A stretch of 63,383 nt of DNA, the filler included, from an uncultured Methanosarcinales archaeon (GTDB taxonomy: Archaea > Nanobdellota > Nanobdellia > Woesearchaeales > CAYXTQ01), in assembly GCA_964608065.1 (NCBI GenBank). It is 3 parts of 3 records of this genome, joined end to end, with 100 filler letters (N's around TTAATTAATTAA, not from the genome) between each part and the next. Parts side by side here need not be neighbours in the genome. Positions count along the whole stretch, not along the records: positions 43,929 to 63,383 come from CAZSMA010000018.1; 2 more parts are not named here. One strand, written 5' to 3'. The stretch's first letter is position 1. Every line of letters starts with the position of its first letter. The notes below the pieces were generated by a model. The model saw only the letters and a list, made by a program, of their open reading frames with translations, was not told the origin of the DNA and searched no databases. The translations under genes were made by a program, and so were the position numbers. Of the stretch, positions 47,618-58,057 are shown in pieces.

Positions 47618-48696
47618 TTGAAAATATTTTTTATTTTGTAATATATGTTAAAACCAAGATTATATACCAAATAATTTGTAATAGGCATAACAATTCTTGG
47701 TTCAATATAACACACAAACATGTCTTTTTGACAAAGTTTGCAATTTTTTATTTCTTTTAGTTTATTTTTATAATCCTTGCTTTTAAATATTTTTTTTATT
47801 CCATTATCAGCTGGAAAACCATCTTGCCAGTTAAAATAATTTAAGCAAGGATAAAGTTTGTTGTCTTCTTTAAATTCAATAAAGAATGAAGGGTTGATAC
47901 ATTTTTGCTTGAAGATTCCTTTGTTTAGATTTCCTTTGAAATAGTTTGGAATATTAGTTAAATAGTATTTGCTGTTTACTACATTTTTCTTTTCTAATAA
48001 TTTTTTGACTAATTTTTGTGACTTTGATATAAATTCATTATCAAAATCAGTAAATTCAGCTTTTGTTTTTTGGTTCTTGAATGTAGGATGTTTCTGTATT
48101 GGCTGGAATTGTTGTCCTACTCTAAGTTTTTCTATGAAATTTGTGAATTCAGGAAGTTCGTCAATGTTTGAGGGAGAGATTATCGTGTTGACTACTACAT
48201 TAACACCTGCTTGTTTTAGAAGCTTTACAGCGTTTATAGCTTTATCATACGAGCCTTTGCCTCTGATTTTATCATGTGTTTCTTTAAAGCCGTCAATACT
48301 TACTGAAACTTCATTTATTTTTGTTTCAGCAAGTTTAGCAGCAATGTTTTTATCTATTGTGGTACCATTGGTCACTAGGTGCACAAATGGGATTTTTTTT
48401 TTTGAGTATGTTATCATCTCCATTATATCTTTATGTAATAATGGGTCTCCACCAGTAAAGCTTAGGTAATAACATCCTTTTAATTGATCAACAGTTTTGA
48501 AGAATAATTCTTTATTGAAATCTGATTTATCCTTATTTCTCCAGATATTGCACATATTGCAATGCAGATTGCATTTGTTGGTTATGTAGAAACCTGTTGC
48601 AAGTGGAAATGGTTTTTTAAGTAAGTAATAGTTGATATGCCACTTTAAAACCCTTCTTATTAGGATTTTTTTTTTTTTAATTTTTATTTTTCTCAT
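47605..48696 (-). CDS. Radical SAM protein with SPASM/twitch-like C-terminus
   Basis: ITNKCNLHCNMC, TGGDP, SIDG; C-terminal Cys in CINP, YPC, CKLC..C. Confidence 0.88.
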   Translation of the reverse strand: MRKIKIKKKKILIRRVLKWHINYYLLKKPFPLATGFYITNKCNLHCNMCNIWRNKDKSDFNKELFFKTVDQLKGCYYLSFTGGDPLLHKDIMEMITYSKKKIPFVHLVTNGTTIDKNIAAKLAETKINEVSVSIDGFKETHDKIRGKGSYDKAINAVKLLKQAGVNVVVNTIISPSNIDELPEFTNFIEKLRVGQQFQPIQKHPTFKNQKTKAEFTDFDNEFISKSQKLVKKLLEKKNVVNSKYYLTNIPNYFKGNLNKGIFKQKCINPSFFIEFKEDNKLYPCLNYFNWQDGFPADNGIKKIFKSKDYKNKLKEIKNCKLCQKDMFVCYIEPRIVMPITNYLVYNLGFNIYYKIKNIFKWQT

Positions 48697-48697
48697 T

Positions 48698-50122
48698 CTA
48701 GGCTTTATCTTTTACTAAAAATCTTTTTACTGTTGAAAACCATTGCGATGGTGTTAGTTTCATTGGAAATATAAATTGATGGGTGTAACCATACCATAAT
48801 CTGTACATTATCTCATAGATCTTAGTAAGGGGTAATTTGATTAGTAACTTTGTTATAGGGTATAGTCTTGGAAAACTAACTGTGATTGCAAAAAGTTTTT
48901 GCAAGTTTTCTGTTTGTATCTTCTCAGATTTGCTTCTGAATTTCAATGCAGATTTCATGTAATAGTTGTAGTCAAGTTTATTATAGTTTCCATCGAAATA
49001 CCCATTTTTAACTGCAAAATCTCCTAATGGTGTTTTAGGATATGGTTGGAATAAAGTTACCCATGAATAAGCTGGTTTACATTTAATATTAATTTCTAGT
49101 GTTTTGAAAATGCTATTTAGATTTTCACCAGGGTATCCTATTATATTATCAAGTATAACTAAAATATGGTGTTTTCTCAAAAGATTACATGCATTTATAT
49201 GTTGTTCATTCGTGTTTGGTTTTTTTAATACTTTTTTACGCATTATATCGCTGCCAGTTTCAATGCCTAACTGCACACTCACACATCCTGCTTTTTTTAA
49301 TAGTTGTACTCTTTCTTCTGTTGCCATATCGGCAGAGAATCTGCAATGGAAAGGGATATTTATCTTTGATTTATATTTATCACAGAATTCTTTTAGCCAT
49401 TTTAAGTCAACTCCAAAAAAATCATCATCAAATCTTACTAATCCTAGAGGATATTTACTCTTAACAAGTTCTATCTCTTCTATTACACTATTAACACTCC
49501 TTGTACGGACCATTTTTCCTTTTCCTTGATACATATCTAAGTAAGCAGCATTATGGCAGAAAGTGCATCTGTAAGGGCAACCCCTAGTTACTATAAATGT
49601 TTTTTGAGGGTTGTTTTTTAGAAATTTGTCTTTGTTGTACAATAGTTCACGGTCCCATAAAGGGATTGAATCAAGGTCTTCAATTAAATGTCTCACTTCA
49701 TTTTTGTATATTTTACCGTCAGTTTTAACCCACCAGTTTGGGATATGTTTTATTTTTTCTGTGCCAAACATATTGATAAAATCTAGTATTGCTAGTTCAC
49801 CTTCACCAACACAAACAGAGTCAACACCATAGTCATTTATTATTTCAGGAAAATAAGTTGCATGCGGCCCTCCATAGATTGTAAATATGTTATGTTTTTT
49901 TTTCAACTTTCTTCCTAGGTTAATGTAGTATTTATGAAATCCAGTTGTAATGCTGAATCCCACTATTTTTGGTTTCCATTCTCTGATAATTTTGTCAATG
50001 TCTTCTCTTTCAGCAAAAGCTAATTTAACTTCATGACCATGTTTTTTTAGAACTGCAGATAATTGAGGTAATGCTTTAAATTCATAGATGTATATATTCT
50101 TGTAGATGAATAGTATCTTCAT
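48698..50122 (-). CDS. Cobalamin-binding radical SAM protein 2
   Basis: GGPHAT, GEGE, TRGCPYRCTFC, GIETGS. Confidence 0.92.
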   Translation of the reverse strand: MKILFIYKNIYIYEFKALPQLSAVLKKHGHEVKLAFAEREDIDKIIREWKPKIVGFSITTGFHKYYINLGRKLKKKHNIFTIYGGPHATYFPEIINDYGVDSVCVGEGELAILDFINMFGTEKIKHIPNWWVKTDGKIYKNEVRHLIEDLDSIPLWDRELLYNKDKFLKNNPQKTFIVTRGCPYRCTFCHNAAYLDMYQGKGKMVRTRSVNSVIEEIELVKSKYPLGLVRFDDDFFGVDLKWLKEFCDKYKSKINIPFHCRFSADMATEERVQLLKKAGCVSVQLGIETGSDIMRKKVLKKPNTNEQHINACNLLRKHHILVILDNIIGYPGENLNSIFKTLEINIKCKPAYSWVTLFQPYPKTPLGDFAVKNGYFDGNYNKLDYNYYMKSALKFRSKSEKIQTENLQKLFAITVSFPRLYPITKLLIKLPLTKIYEIMYRLWYGYTHQFIFPMKLTPSQWFSTVKRFLVKDKA

Positions 50123-51637
50123 TTAGTTGCCTCCTAAAAATTCATTAGACTTTCTTTTTATCTGCCATAAATAATACTTTAGATATGTAAGACCTTCCAG
50201 GTCTTTTTTTTTTATTGAGACTAAAATATCAATGGTCCAAAGAGCAAGATATTTCGGGATATATTTTAAAATACGTTGAAGTTTGTGTTTTAATACGAAT
50301 CTTATAAATCTTCCTGGCAATAATGGAATGGCTCTCATCAATATATTGTATGAGTTTAATGCCTTAATCTTTTTCTTGTCTTTAAGAGAGCCCGTTTTAA
50401 GGTAAAAGCAGTTATCTTCAACATTATTTATCTTTTCAACATCTTTGTCTGTAAGTATGTTCATTTTTCTTGCAATATCAACAATCTCTGTTCCAGGAAA
50501 ATATGCAAGCCAGAAGCATGTAATTCTCATTAGAGATTTGCAGTAGGAGTATATGTAAGTTGATTTTATATGGTCTTGTTCAGATTCTCCTGGAAGATTG
50601 AAGATATGATCAATAGAGTATGGAATCTTTGCTTTGTCACAAGCTTTAAATCCATCTATGATTCTTTCATTCGAGAAAGGTCTATGAAGCACTTCTTTTC
50701 TTATTTTTTCATTCATTGTTTGAACTCCGAACTGGCATTTAAAACATCCTGCTTTTTTTAGTGCTGAAGCAACTTCATAGTCAATAGTTGCAGGGTGTGT
50801 CATTACTTTGAATGGTGTTTTTATGTCTTTTTGATATTTTTTGCAGAAGTCTAAAGCCCATTTTTTGTCTATTGTGAATGTGTTGTCCCTTATATCTAGG
50901 GTTCTGAATTTGTATTTTTGCTTCATTTCTTTTAACTCAGTTATTACAATATCAACATCTTTTCTTACAAAGTATCTTCCTGTTTTAGGTTCATATATCG
51001 GCTGTAGAAAAGATTCAGAGCAGTAAGTGCATTTGAATGGACAGCCTTTTGTTGTAACTATTATGAAGCTGTTGTTCATAGGAATGACTTTTTCAAAAAG
51101 TGATTTATCATATCTAGGAAAATCACACCCTTTCATCGGAGGCCTTATTGGGTTTTTGATAATCTTCTTTTCTTTTTTGAACCATAGGTTTTCGATTTTG
51201 TAGTTGATGTTGCCTTTAGACATACTTTCAAGAAGTTCAAGTAGAGGTTGTTCACCCTCACCTCTACAGATGATATCAACCCATGCCTTTTTTATCAGAT
51301 TTTCAGGATTTGATGTAGGGTATATGCCTCCACAAACTATTGGAATGTTTGGTGCTTTCTTCTTTAGTAAGATTGCTATTTTTTCTGTCCAATTTAGTGT
51401 GTCAGTTATAATGTAGAAACCAATAATGTCTGGATTTGTTTTAAGAATTTTGTTTACGATTTTTTTTTGGTTTATTCTGAATATTTTTGCCAAGGTTTTG
51501 TTATGGAAATAAACTTTATCGTCGAATAATGATGGATCAAAAACTAAGGAAACTTTGTGTTTTTTTCTTTTTAGGGCTGTGGATAATGCCTCTAAGCCTA
51601 AAAGTTCACAACCCATTGCAGCAAAAGTTATATTCAT
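50123..51637 (-). CDS. Cobalamin-binding radical SAM protein 3
   Basis: LGLEALS, GGIYPT, GEGE, TKGCPFKCTYC, GVQT. Confidence 0.92.
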   Translation of the reverse strand: MNITFAAMGCELLGLEALSTALKRKKHKVSLVFDPSLFDDKVYFHNKTLAKIFRINQKKIVNKILKTNPDIIGFYIITDTLNWTEKIAILLKKKAPNIPIVCGGIYPTSNPENLIKKAWVDIICRGEGEQPLLELLESMSKGNINYKIENLWFKKEKKIIKNPIRPPMKGCDFPRYDKSLFEKVIPMNNSFIIVTTKGCPFKCTYCSESFLQPIYEPKTGRYFVRKDVDIVITELKEMKQKYKFRTLDIRDNTFTIDKKWALDFCKKYQKDIKTPFKVMTHPATIDYEVASALKKAGCFKCQFGVQTMNEKIRKEVLHRPFSNERIIDGFKACDKAKIPYSIDHIFNLPGESEQDHIKSTYIYSYCKSLMRITCFWLAYFPGTEIVDIARKMNILTDKDVEKINNVEDNCFYLKTGSLKDKKKIKALNSYNILMRAIPLLPGRFIRFVLKHKLQRILKYIPKYLALWTIDILVSIKKKDLEGLTYLKYYLWQIKRKSNEFLGGN

Positions 51638-52479
51638 TTTTTTAGTACAGCGCTAAATAGGCTGCCTTGATTTCCAGCTAATTTGAATATTATTTTGTCT
51701 TGGATGAAATTTATGAATGGAATTTTTGATTTATATGCGAAAGTTGATTTTGTTTTATATTCTAATAGTTTGTAGCCATTAAAAGCAGTTTGATTTAGCA
51801 GTTCTTTTATTGAAAAGCCTTTGTTCTTGAATGATCTGTGTTCTGCAACTGAGTTATATTCTATTAGTTCGAGAATTTTTTGTTGTGAAATATCTTTGTT
51901 TATTATTTTTTTCTCTTTTAATTTTTTATTAATGATATTTGCAACTGATTTATCTATTTTCATGCCAAATCCAAAAAGATTGTATGTTTTTACTAAGAAT
52001 CTGATGATAGAGGATTTGAAGAAGTTTTTATTAGGTTCATGTGATAATAGAACTAGGCCTTCTGGTTTGAGTATTCTGTTGATTTCGTTTATTAGTTGTA
52101 GGTGGTCTGGGACATGATGCAAAACACTGTTCATTGTTATGATATCTATACTGTTGTTTTCTAATGGAATATTTTGGGCGTCACATACAAAGCAAGTAAA
52201 ATCATTTATGTTTTTTATCATCTCTGTACTTATGTCACAACCCATAATTTTATCTTTTTTTTTTATGTATTTGGAGATTATTTTTAGTACAAATCCTGTT
52301 CCTGTTCCAATATCAAGAACTGTAATATTTCTAGAATCTGACATTGGCTTTATATGTTTGATAGATGCTTGTTCCCACCATTTTTTTTCTCCTTTAATAA
52401 TTTCAGGGTGCTTTCTATCATAATCATTAGCAATAGTGTTGTAATATATTCTATTTGCAGCTTTAATTAATTCTTTCAT
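51634..52479 (-). CDS. Class I SAM-dependent methyltransferase
   Basis: VLDIGTGTG, CDIS, SVLHHV, LKPEG. Confidence 0.9.
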   Translation of the reverse strand: MKELIKAANRIYYNTIANDYDRKHPEIIKGEKKWWEQASIKHIKPMSDSRNITVLDIGTGTGFVLKIISKYIKKKDKIMGCDISTEMIKNINDFTCFVCDAQNIPLENNSIDIITMNSVLHHVPDHLQLINEINRILKPEGLVLLSHEPNKNFFKSSIIRFLVKTYNLFGFGMKIDKSVANIINKKLKEKKIINKDISQQKILELIEYNSVAEHRSFKNKGFSIKELLNQTAFNGYKLLEYKTKSTFAYKSKIPFINFIQDKIIFKLAGNQGSLFSAVLKK

Positions 52480-53672
52480 CTTTTTGTTTTTGCTGAAAAA
52501 AGACTTTTAATTAAGTTTGGATTAGAGATTAGGGCTTTCCATGCATGTATATCTTTTATTTTTTTTATTAAGTATGATGGCCTCATATAAAATTCTCTGT
52601 ACGCTTTTGCTACCCACCATTTTGTGCCTTTGACCATATAAGGAAGAGTGTCATGCCTTAAATTCAATGAATATTCTTTCCAGTAATTTGAGTCGATAAT
52701 ACCATCTTTAACAGCTAATTCATGAAAACTAGTCATAGGTAATGGGGTGGCAAGATAAAACATTGCAAAATCTAGATTAAGATTTTTAGCAAGATCAATA
52801 GTCTGTCTTATTGTATGTTTGTTTTCCCTTACATAACCTATAATAAAATAGGCCCCTGTTCTAATACCTGCTTTTTTTGTGATTTTTATAGCTTTTTTTA
52901 TTTGCGGAATAGTTATGTTCTTATTCATTAAATCCAGGATTTCTTGAGAACCAGATTCAACTCCGAATTTAATCTGTTTACATCCTGCTTTTTTCATAAG
53001 TTTAAGAAGAGATTCATCAACACAATCTACNNNNNNNNNNNNNNNNNNNNNNNNNNNNNNNNNNNNNNNNNNNNNNNNNNNNNNNNNNNNNNNNNNNNNN
53101 NNNNNNNNNNNNNNNNNNNNNNNNNNNNNNCTTCTATCTGGAAAAGGAAGTTCATCAAGGTCTTTTACTATGCTGCAACCGTTGATTATTATTTTCTTTT
53201 CCTTTTTGTATACTAAGCCTTTAATGTCTTTTAAATTAGGACTTTTATTTTCAAGATAATTTACTAGTTCTAAAAAAGGTTTTTCTCCATCTCCTTTTAT
53301 CCCATAGTCAACAAAATCAAAAGATAAAGTTTCTTTAGGAAAAATAGATAGGTGAGGACCTCCAAGGACTACAGTTTTGTTACATTCTTTAGCAATCTTT
53401 GCTACTGCTAGAACGTCCTGGATTTCAGGTGTTGTCACAGTTATTCCAACAATATCTGGGTTGAGTTCAATTATTTTTTTTCTTGTTTGCTCTTCATTAA
53501 GGCCCAGCATTAATGAATCAAGAAGTTTGACACCATGTCCAAATTTTTTTAGGTAAGAAGCAATATACATAAGTCCTAAGGGTGGCCAAAAACCTAGGTT
53601 CCCCATAACACTAGGCACTTCTCTTGAATTTATGTTTGTTTTGTTGTTGCATCTAACGAGTAATATTTTCAT
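52476..53672 (-). CDS. Cobalamin-binding radical SAM protein 4 (interrupted by assembly gap)
   Basis: PPLGLMYIAS, GGPHLS, GDGE, LPFPDR | gap | GVESGS; the CxxxCxxC region falls in the N gap. Confidence 0.85.
   Translation of the reverse strand: MKILLVRCNNKTNINSREVPSVMGNLGFWPPLGLMYIASYLKKFGHGVKLLDSLMLGLNEEQTRKKIIELNPDIVGITVTTPEIQDVLAVAKIAKECNKTVVLGGPHLSIFPKETLSFDFVDYGIKGDGEKPFLELVNYLENKSPNLKDIKGLVYKKEKKIIINGCSIVKDLDELPFPDRXXXXXXXXXXXXXXXXXXXXXXXXXXXXXXXXXXVDCVDESLLKLMKKAGCKQIKFGVESGSQEILDLMNKNITIPQIKKAIKITKKAGIRTGAYFIIGYVRENKHTIRQTIDLAKNLNLDFAMFYLATPLPMTSFHELAVKDGIIDSNYWKEYSLNLRHDTLPYMVKGTKWWVAKAYREFYMRPSYLIKKIKDIHAWKALISNPNLIKSLFSAKTKR
53031..53130. other. Scaffold gap (100 N)
   Basis: N run without linker; true length unknown. 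Confidence 0.97.
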
Positions 53673-53678
53673 TTTAGT

Positions 53679-54854
53679 TTACGTCCTCCCTCTTTTTTTA
53701 TTATTATTATTAACAGCATTAAAAACCTCATCAACAGTTATAAATTCCATACACATTGCATTAGTGCTAGTGCATGTGGCTTTTTTTGAGTTAGATACTG
53801 TGATGCATGGGCTGCAGCTTGGTTTTTTATAGAAAATTATATGTTGGTCGCCTATAGGACCGTATAAAACCGGTGTTTCAGGGCCGAAAAAAGAGATTGT
53901 AGGAGTATTTTCAGCAGCTGCTATATGTAATGGTCCAGAATCATTTGAAATAAAGACTGTACATTTCTTTAGAAGAGCTGCGAGTTCTTCCAGGTTTGTT
54001 TTTCCTGCTAGATTTAATGCAGGGTTCTTCATCATATCTATTGTGGATTGGACTTCTGCCATGTCAGCTTTAGAACCTATGAATACTACATTTTCTTTAA
54101 GTTTACCTACTATCATGTCAGCTAACTTTGCAAAGTTCTCTTTAGGCCATCTTCTTGCTATTGCGAAATTACTTGAGTTAATGTTGATTGCAACAATGGG
54201 TTTTTTTTTTCTAATTCTATTTTGACTTAGAATTTTATCAATATATAATATTGAGTCTTTTTGAACAGGTACTTTAACAAGCTCTGTGTTATAGTTGTTA
54301 ATACCTAATTGTTTAGTAATATTCAAGAAGTTTTTAGTCATATGGATATTATTATCAAAAGGAACTTTTGTTGTATATAACATATCTCTATATTTTTTTT
54401 TCGATTTAAATCCTATCCTAATTTTAGCTCCACTTAAATAACTGATTATACTTGAGAATTTTGAGAATTGTTCAAAATCTACTGCAAGTTTTATTTTTTC
54501 TTTTCTTAGGAAAGAGATTATCTTAAAAAAATCAAAAAATACTTTTATTAGATTTCTGAATTCATAATATTTAATTGCGTCAAATAGCTCAGCTTTGTCA
54601 TATATTCCCTTGTTCCTAGCCATAGTCAGAAATATGACCTTTGCTTTTGGAAATCTTTCTCTAATTGCATTGAAAGAAGGAGATGCAAGTATAGTGCTTC
54701 CAATGCCCCAGAACCTTATTATTAATATCTTGTTTATTTGAACTTTATCTTTAGATATCTTAAATAGATGAGTTAATCTGCTATAAACACTAAATATAAA
54801 ACAAAGTATCCCTCCAATATAATTATCAATAAACCTTATTAAGTTGTAATTCAT
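53679..54854 (-). CDS. GT9 (WaaF/WaaQ-like) heptosyltransferase-like glycosyltransferase 1
   Basis: ILIIRFWGIGS, RRWP..F..L, NDSGPLHIAAA, FGP, CSPC..C..C. Confidence 0.9.
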   Translation of the reverse strand: MNYNLIRFIDNYIGGILCFIFSVYSRLTHLFKISKDKVQINKILIIRFWGIGSTILASPSFNAIRERFPKAKVIFLTMARNKGIYDKAELFDAIKYYEFRNLIKVFFDFFKIISFLRKEKIKLAVDFEQFSKFSSIISYLSGAKIRIGFKSKKKYRDMLYTTKVPFDNNIHMTKNFLNITKQLGINNYNTELVKVPVQKDSILYIDKILSQNRIRKKKPIVAININSSNFAIARRWPKENFAKLADMIVGKLKENVVFIGSKADMAEVQSTIDMMKNPALNLAGKTNLEELAALLKKCTVFISNDSGPLHIAAAENTPTISFFGPETPVLYGPIGDQHIIFYKKPSCSPCITVSNSKKATCTSTNAMCMEFITVDEVFNAVNNNNKKRGRT

Positions 54855-54933
54855 TCTTACCCCACTAATAAACTATTATGAATAAATAAAGAAGTATTTA
54901 TAAATCATTGTGTTATAGGGGGGTACGTATAAA

Positions 54934-56577
54934 ATGGGATATAAAAAAAAATATAAATTCATAACCAAATCGGGGTTACATCTATTTATAATCATACTTC
55001 TAGTACTCGTATCTTATGTTAATATGCTTGATAACGAATTTATTGATGTTGGATTAGATGATAGCCAGTTTCCTGTTTTAGAACCACATTTAAAAGATTG
55101 GAGCAATATAATATCTTTTTTTAAAGGTCAGAAAACAGCAGAACATGGTAGACTGTATGAGGCTTATAGACCTCTTGCGTACACCTCTCATCTTATTACT
55201 TATAAAATGTGGGGGCTTAGCCCTTTTGGATATCATTTAAATGCACTAATTGTTTATCTTATTGTTATTGTTTTGGTTTACTTTGTTGTTAAACACATCA
55301 CAAATTCTATGATAGCATTTCTGACAACATTGTTGTTTGGAGTTCATGCTGTTCATACTGAAGTAGTTTCTTATGCATTTAATGGAGCTTTTATGGGATT
55401 AAGTTTCCTTTTCCTTTTCCTTTCTTTTTATTTGTATATTAGATCAGAAGTTTCTAAAAATAAGTTATTAATGTATCTTGGATCTTTATTATTTGCTTTA
55501 CTTGCTTTTTTTACTTATGAAATTACAATAGTTTTACCTTTATTGATAATCTTTTATGATATTTGTTTTAAAAAAATCAAAAAATATAATTTAAAGAGTA
55601 AAATTAAACAATATCTACCTTATTTTTTAGCAGTAATTTTTTATTTTTTTATGAAGTTTGTTGTGTTAGGTTTTGGAGCAAAAACCCAGGGAGGATGGCC
55701 ATTCTATAAAAAAATGCTTGTAATGAGTTATGCTTTTTTTAGGTATATTTTTTATGCGATTTTGCCAATTAATCTAGGAGAGGTTTGGTTTTGGAAATAT
55801 ATAGATGTTTCAATTTTAAACCCCAAATCATTTCTTCCTATAATTTTGTTTATTGCGCTTGTATGGCTTGTTTTTAAGTTTTTAAGGAAACAACCAGTAA
55901 TATCTTTTGGCATAGGCTGGTTTATTATTTCTTTGTTGCCTGTATCGAATATCTTTCCAGTAGGAACTGTAATGGCAGAGAGATATATGTATATTGCATT
56001 ATTTGGTTATTGTTTGTTAATGGGTTATTTAGTTTATAAATTTTTTAGTAATAAGTCTAAAATTATAAAGTACGTTGCTGTTATTGCATATTTATTTTTG
56101 GTTATATTCAATACAGGCGCAACAATATCCAGGAATAATGATTGGCAAGATGGAATTACTATGTGGGAAAAAACAATTGAGCAGTCTCCAGAATCTTCTG
56201 CAGCCAGGTTATCAATGGGATTAACATATTTAGGTTTTGGTGAATATGATAAAGGTGTAATTGCTTTAAAAAAAAGCCTTCAATTAGAACTACAAGATAT
56301 TGGTGATTTAAATTCTTTAGATAGAGTGTACTCTAATCTGGCTTATGCTTATTCTTTAAAAGGAGACTATGATTTAACAATACATTATAATAAGAAGGCA
56401 ATAGAAGTTAATCCTAATAATTATAGATATTATAACAACATTGGTTGGACTTATTTTAACAAAGGAGATTATGAAGAAGCAGAAGTTAATCTAAAAAAAA
56501 GCCTTGAGATTAATCCAAATTTTGAGTTAGCAAAAAATAATCTTGAGTATTTGTATTTAGTGATGAATAAAACGTAA
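54934..56577 (+). CDS. TMTC-like GT-C membrane glycosyltransferase with C-terminal TPR repeats
   Basis: DD in first loop, YRPL, HLNA, HAVHTEVV, AERYMY, RNNDW, TPR repeats. Confidence 0.82.
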   Translation: MGYKKKYKFITKSGLHLFIIILLVLVSYVNMLDNEFIDVGLDDSQFPVLEPHLKDWSNIISFFKGQKTAEHGRLYEAYRPLAYTSHLITYKMWGLSPFGYHLNALIVYLIVIVLVYFVVKHITNSMIAFLTTLLFGVHAVHTEVVSYAFNGAFMGLSFLFLFLSFYLYIRSEVSKNKLLMYLGSLLFALLAFFTYEITIVLPLLIIFYDICFKKIKKYNLKSKIKQYLPYFLAVIFYFFMKFVVLGFGAKTQGGWPFYKKMLVMSYAFFRYIFYAILPINLGEVWFWKYIDVSILNPKSFLPIILFIALVWLVFKFLRKQPVISFGIGWFIISLLPVSNIFPVGTVMAERYMYIALFGYCLLMGYLVYKFFSNKSKIIKYVAVIAYLFLVIFNTGATISRNNDWQDGITMWEKTIEQSPESSAARLSMGLTYLGFGEYDKGVIALKKSLQLELQDIGDLNSLDRVYSNLAYAYSLKGDYDLTIHYNKKAIEVNPNNYRYYNNIGWTYFNKGDYEEAEVNLKKSLEINPNFELAKNNLEYLYLVMNKT

Positions 56578-56598
56578 TTAATCTATGAATGAACAAAA

Positions 56599-58044
56599 AT
56601 GGCAGATGTTATACTTGTACAACCTAAGCTAGGGTATATGGATTCAATTAGGACCAAGCCGTTTTTACCATTAGGTCTAATTTCTAGCGCAACATTGATA
56701 GCTCAAGAATATGATGTCGTATTGATAGACCAAAGGATGGAAGGCTGGCAGACTAAGCTTAAGAATGAGTTAAAGAAAAACCCATTGTGTGTTGCAACTA
56801 CAGCAATAACTGGTTCACAGATTAAACATGCTCTTGAGATAAGCAGATTTGTTAAAGCAAATTCAGAAAGTAAGATGATATGGGGAGGGATTCATGCAAG
56901 TATATTGCCTAGGCAAACTTTAAGAAACGAAAATGTTGATATAGTTATTGAAGGAGAAGGCGAAATAACCCTATATGAACTTGTAAAATCCTTAAAAAAA
57001 GAAAATAAAGAAATTAGAGGTATAAAAGGAACATATTGTAAAAACAAAAATAAGATTACTGCTAATAAACCTAGGGGATTTGTTAATTTAGATAAATTAC
57101 CTGGTTTGCCATATCGTTTAGTTGATATTAGAGATTATATGCCTTTATATCAGGGAAAAAAGTCTGTATCAATACAATCTTCAAGGGGGTGTATACATCA
57201 GTGTGCGTATTGCTATAATACCCCTTTTAATAAAGGCTGTTGGCGGCCAGTGCCTGTAAAAAAAGTAATAGAACAAATGAACTTTTTAGTTGAGAATGGC
57301 GCTGAAAATTTGTATTTTGTTGATGATAATTTTTTTGTAGATTTAAAGAGAGGAATGGAAATTGCAAAGGAAATAAAGAAAATTGGAGTTAATTGGGGGC
57401 TTCAAGGAGTAACTCATTTTTCATTAAAAAAAATGAATAAAGACCATTTAGAATTTTTAGGAAAAACAAACTTAGGAAGGATGTCAATTGGTATTGAAAG
57501 CGGTTCTGAGAGAATAAGGCAGATGATCGGCAAATTGGAAAAACCAAAGGAGCTTATAGAATTAAACAAAAAACTTTCAAAATTCAATATTATTCTATAT
57601 TATACGTTTATGATGGGGTTTCCAACAGAAACAGAAGCTGAAATAATGCAAACAGTAAATTTGCTTTTTAGGTTGCTGAAGGATAATAAAAATGCAAGAA
57701 ATTCACCAATATACAATCTTATGCCATATCCTGGGACAAAGATTTTGGAAATAGCAAAAGAACATGGATTTAAAGAGCCACAAAGTCTTGAAGGATGGGC
57801 TAATTATGAGCACCATAATGTAAATGTTCCATATATTAAAGATAAGGAAAAATTTAAGAGAATATATTTTAGCTCAATATTCCTAGATAATAAATTTGAT
57901 GAGTATAATACTTCTTTTCTATTCAAGATGTTTAGCAGGATTTACAGACCAATAGCAAGATATCGTTTAAAGCACCAGTTTTTTGATTTTATGATAGCAA
58001 AAAAAATGGCAGATGTTTTTATGAATAACTCAAATTACAAATAA
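56599..58044 (+). CDS. Cobalamin-binding radical SAM protein 5
   Basis: LPLGL, WGGIHAS, GEGE, SSRGCIHQCAYC, GIESGS. Confidence 0.92.
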   Translation: MADVILVQPKLGYMDSIRTKPFLPLGLISSATLIAQEYDVVLIDQRMEGWQTKLKNELKKNPLCVATTAITGSQIKHALEISRFVKANSESKMIWGGIHASILPRQTLRNENVDIVIEGEGEITLYELVKSLKKENKEIRGIKGTYCKNKNKITANKPRGFVNLDKLPGLPYRLVDIRDYMPLYQGKKSVSIQSSRGCIHQCAYCYNTPFNKGCWRPVPVKKVIEQMNFLVENGAENLYFVDDNFFVDLKRGMEIAKEIKKIGVNWGLQGVTHFSLKKMNKDHLEFLGKTNLGRMSIGIESGSERIRQMIGKLEKPKELIELNKKLSKFNIILYYTFMMGFPTETEAEIMQTVNLLFRLLKDNKNARNSPIYNLMPYPGTKILEIAKEHGFKEPQSLEGWANYEHHNVNVPYIKDKEKFKRIYFSSIFLDNKFDEYNTSFLFKMFSRIYRPIARYRLKHQFFDFMIAKKMADVFMNNSNYK

Positions 58045-58057
58045 AATTATACAATTT

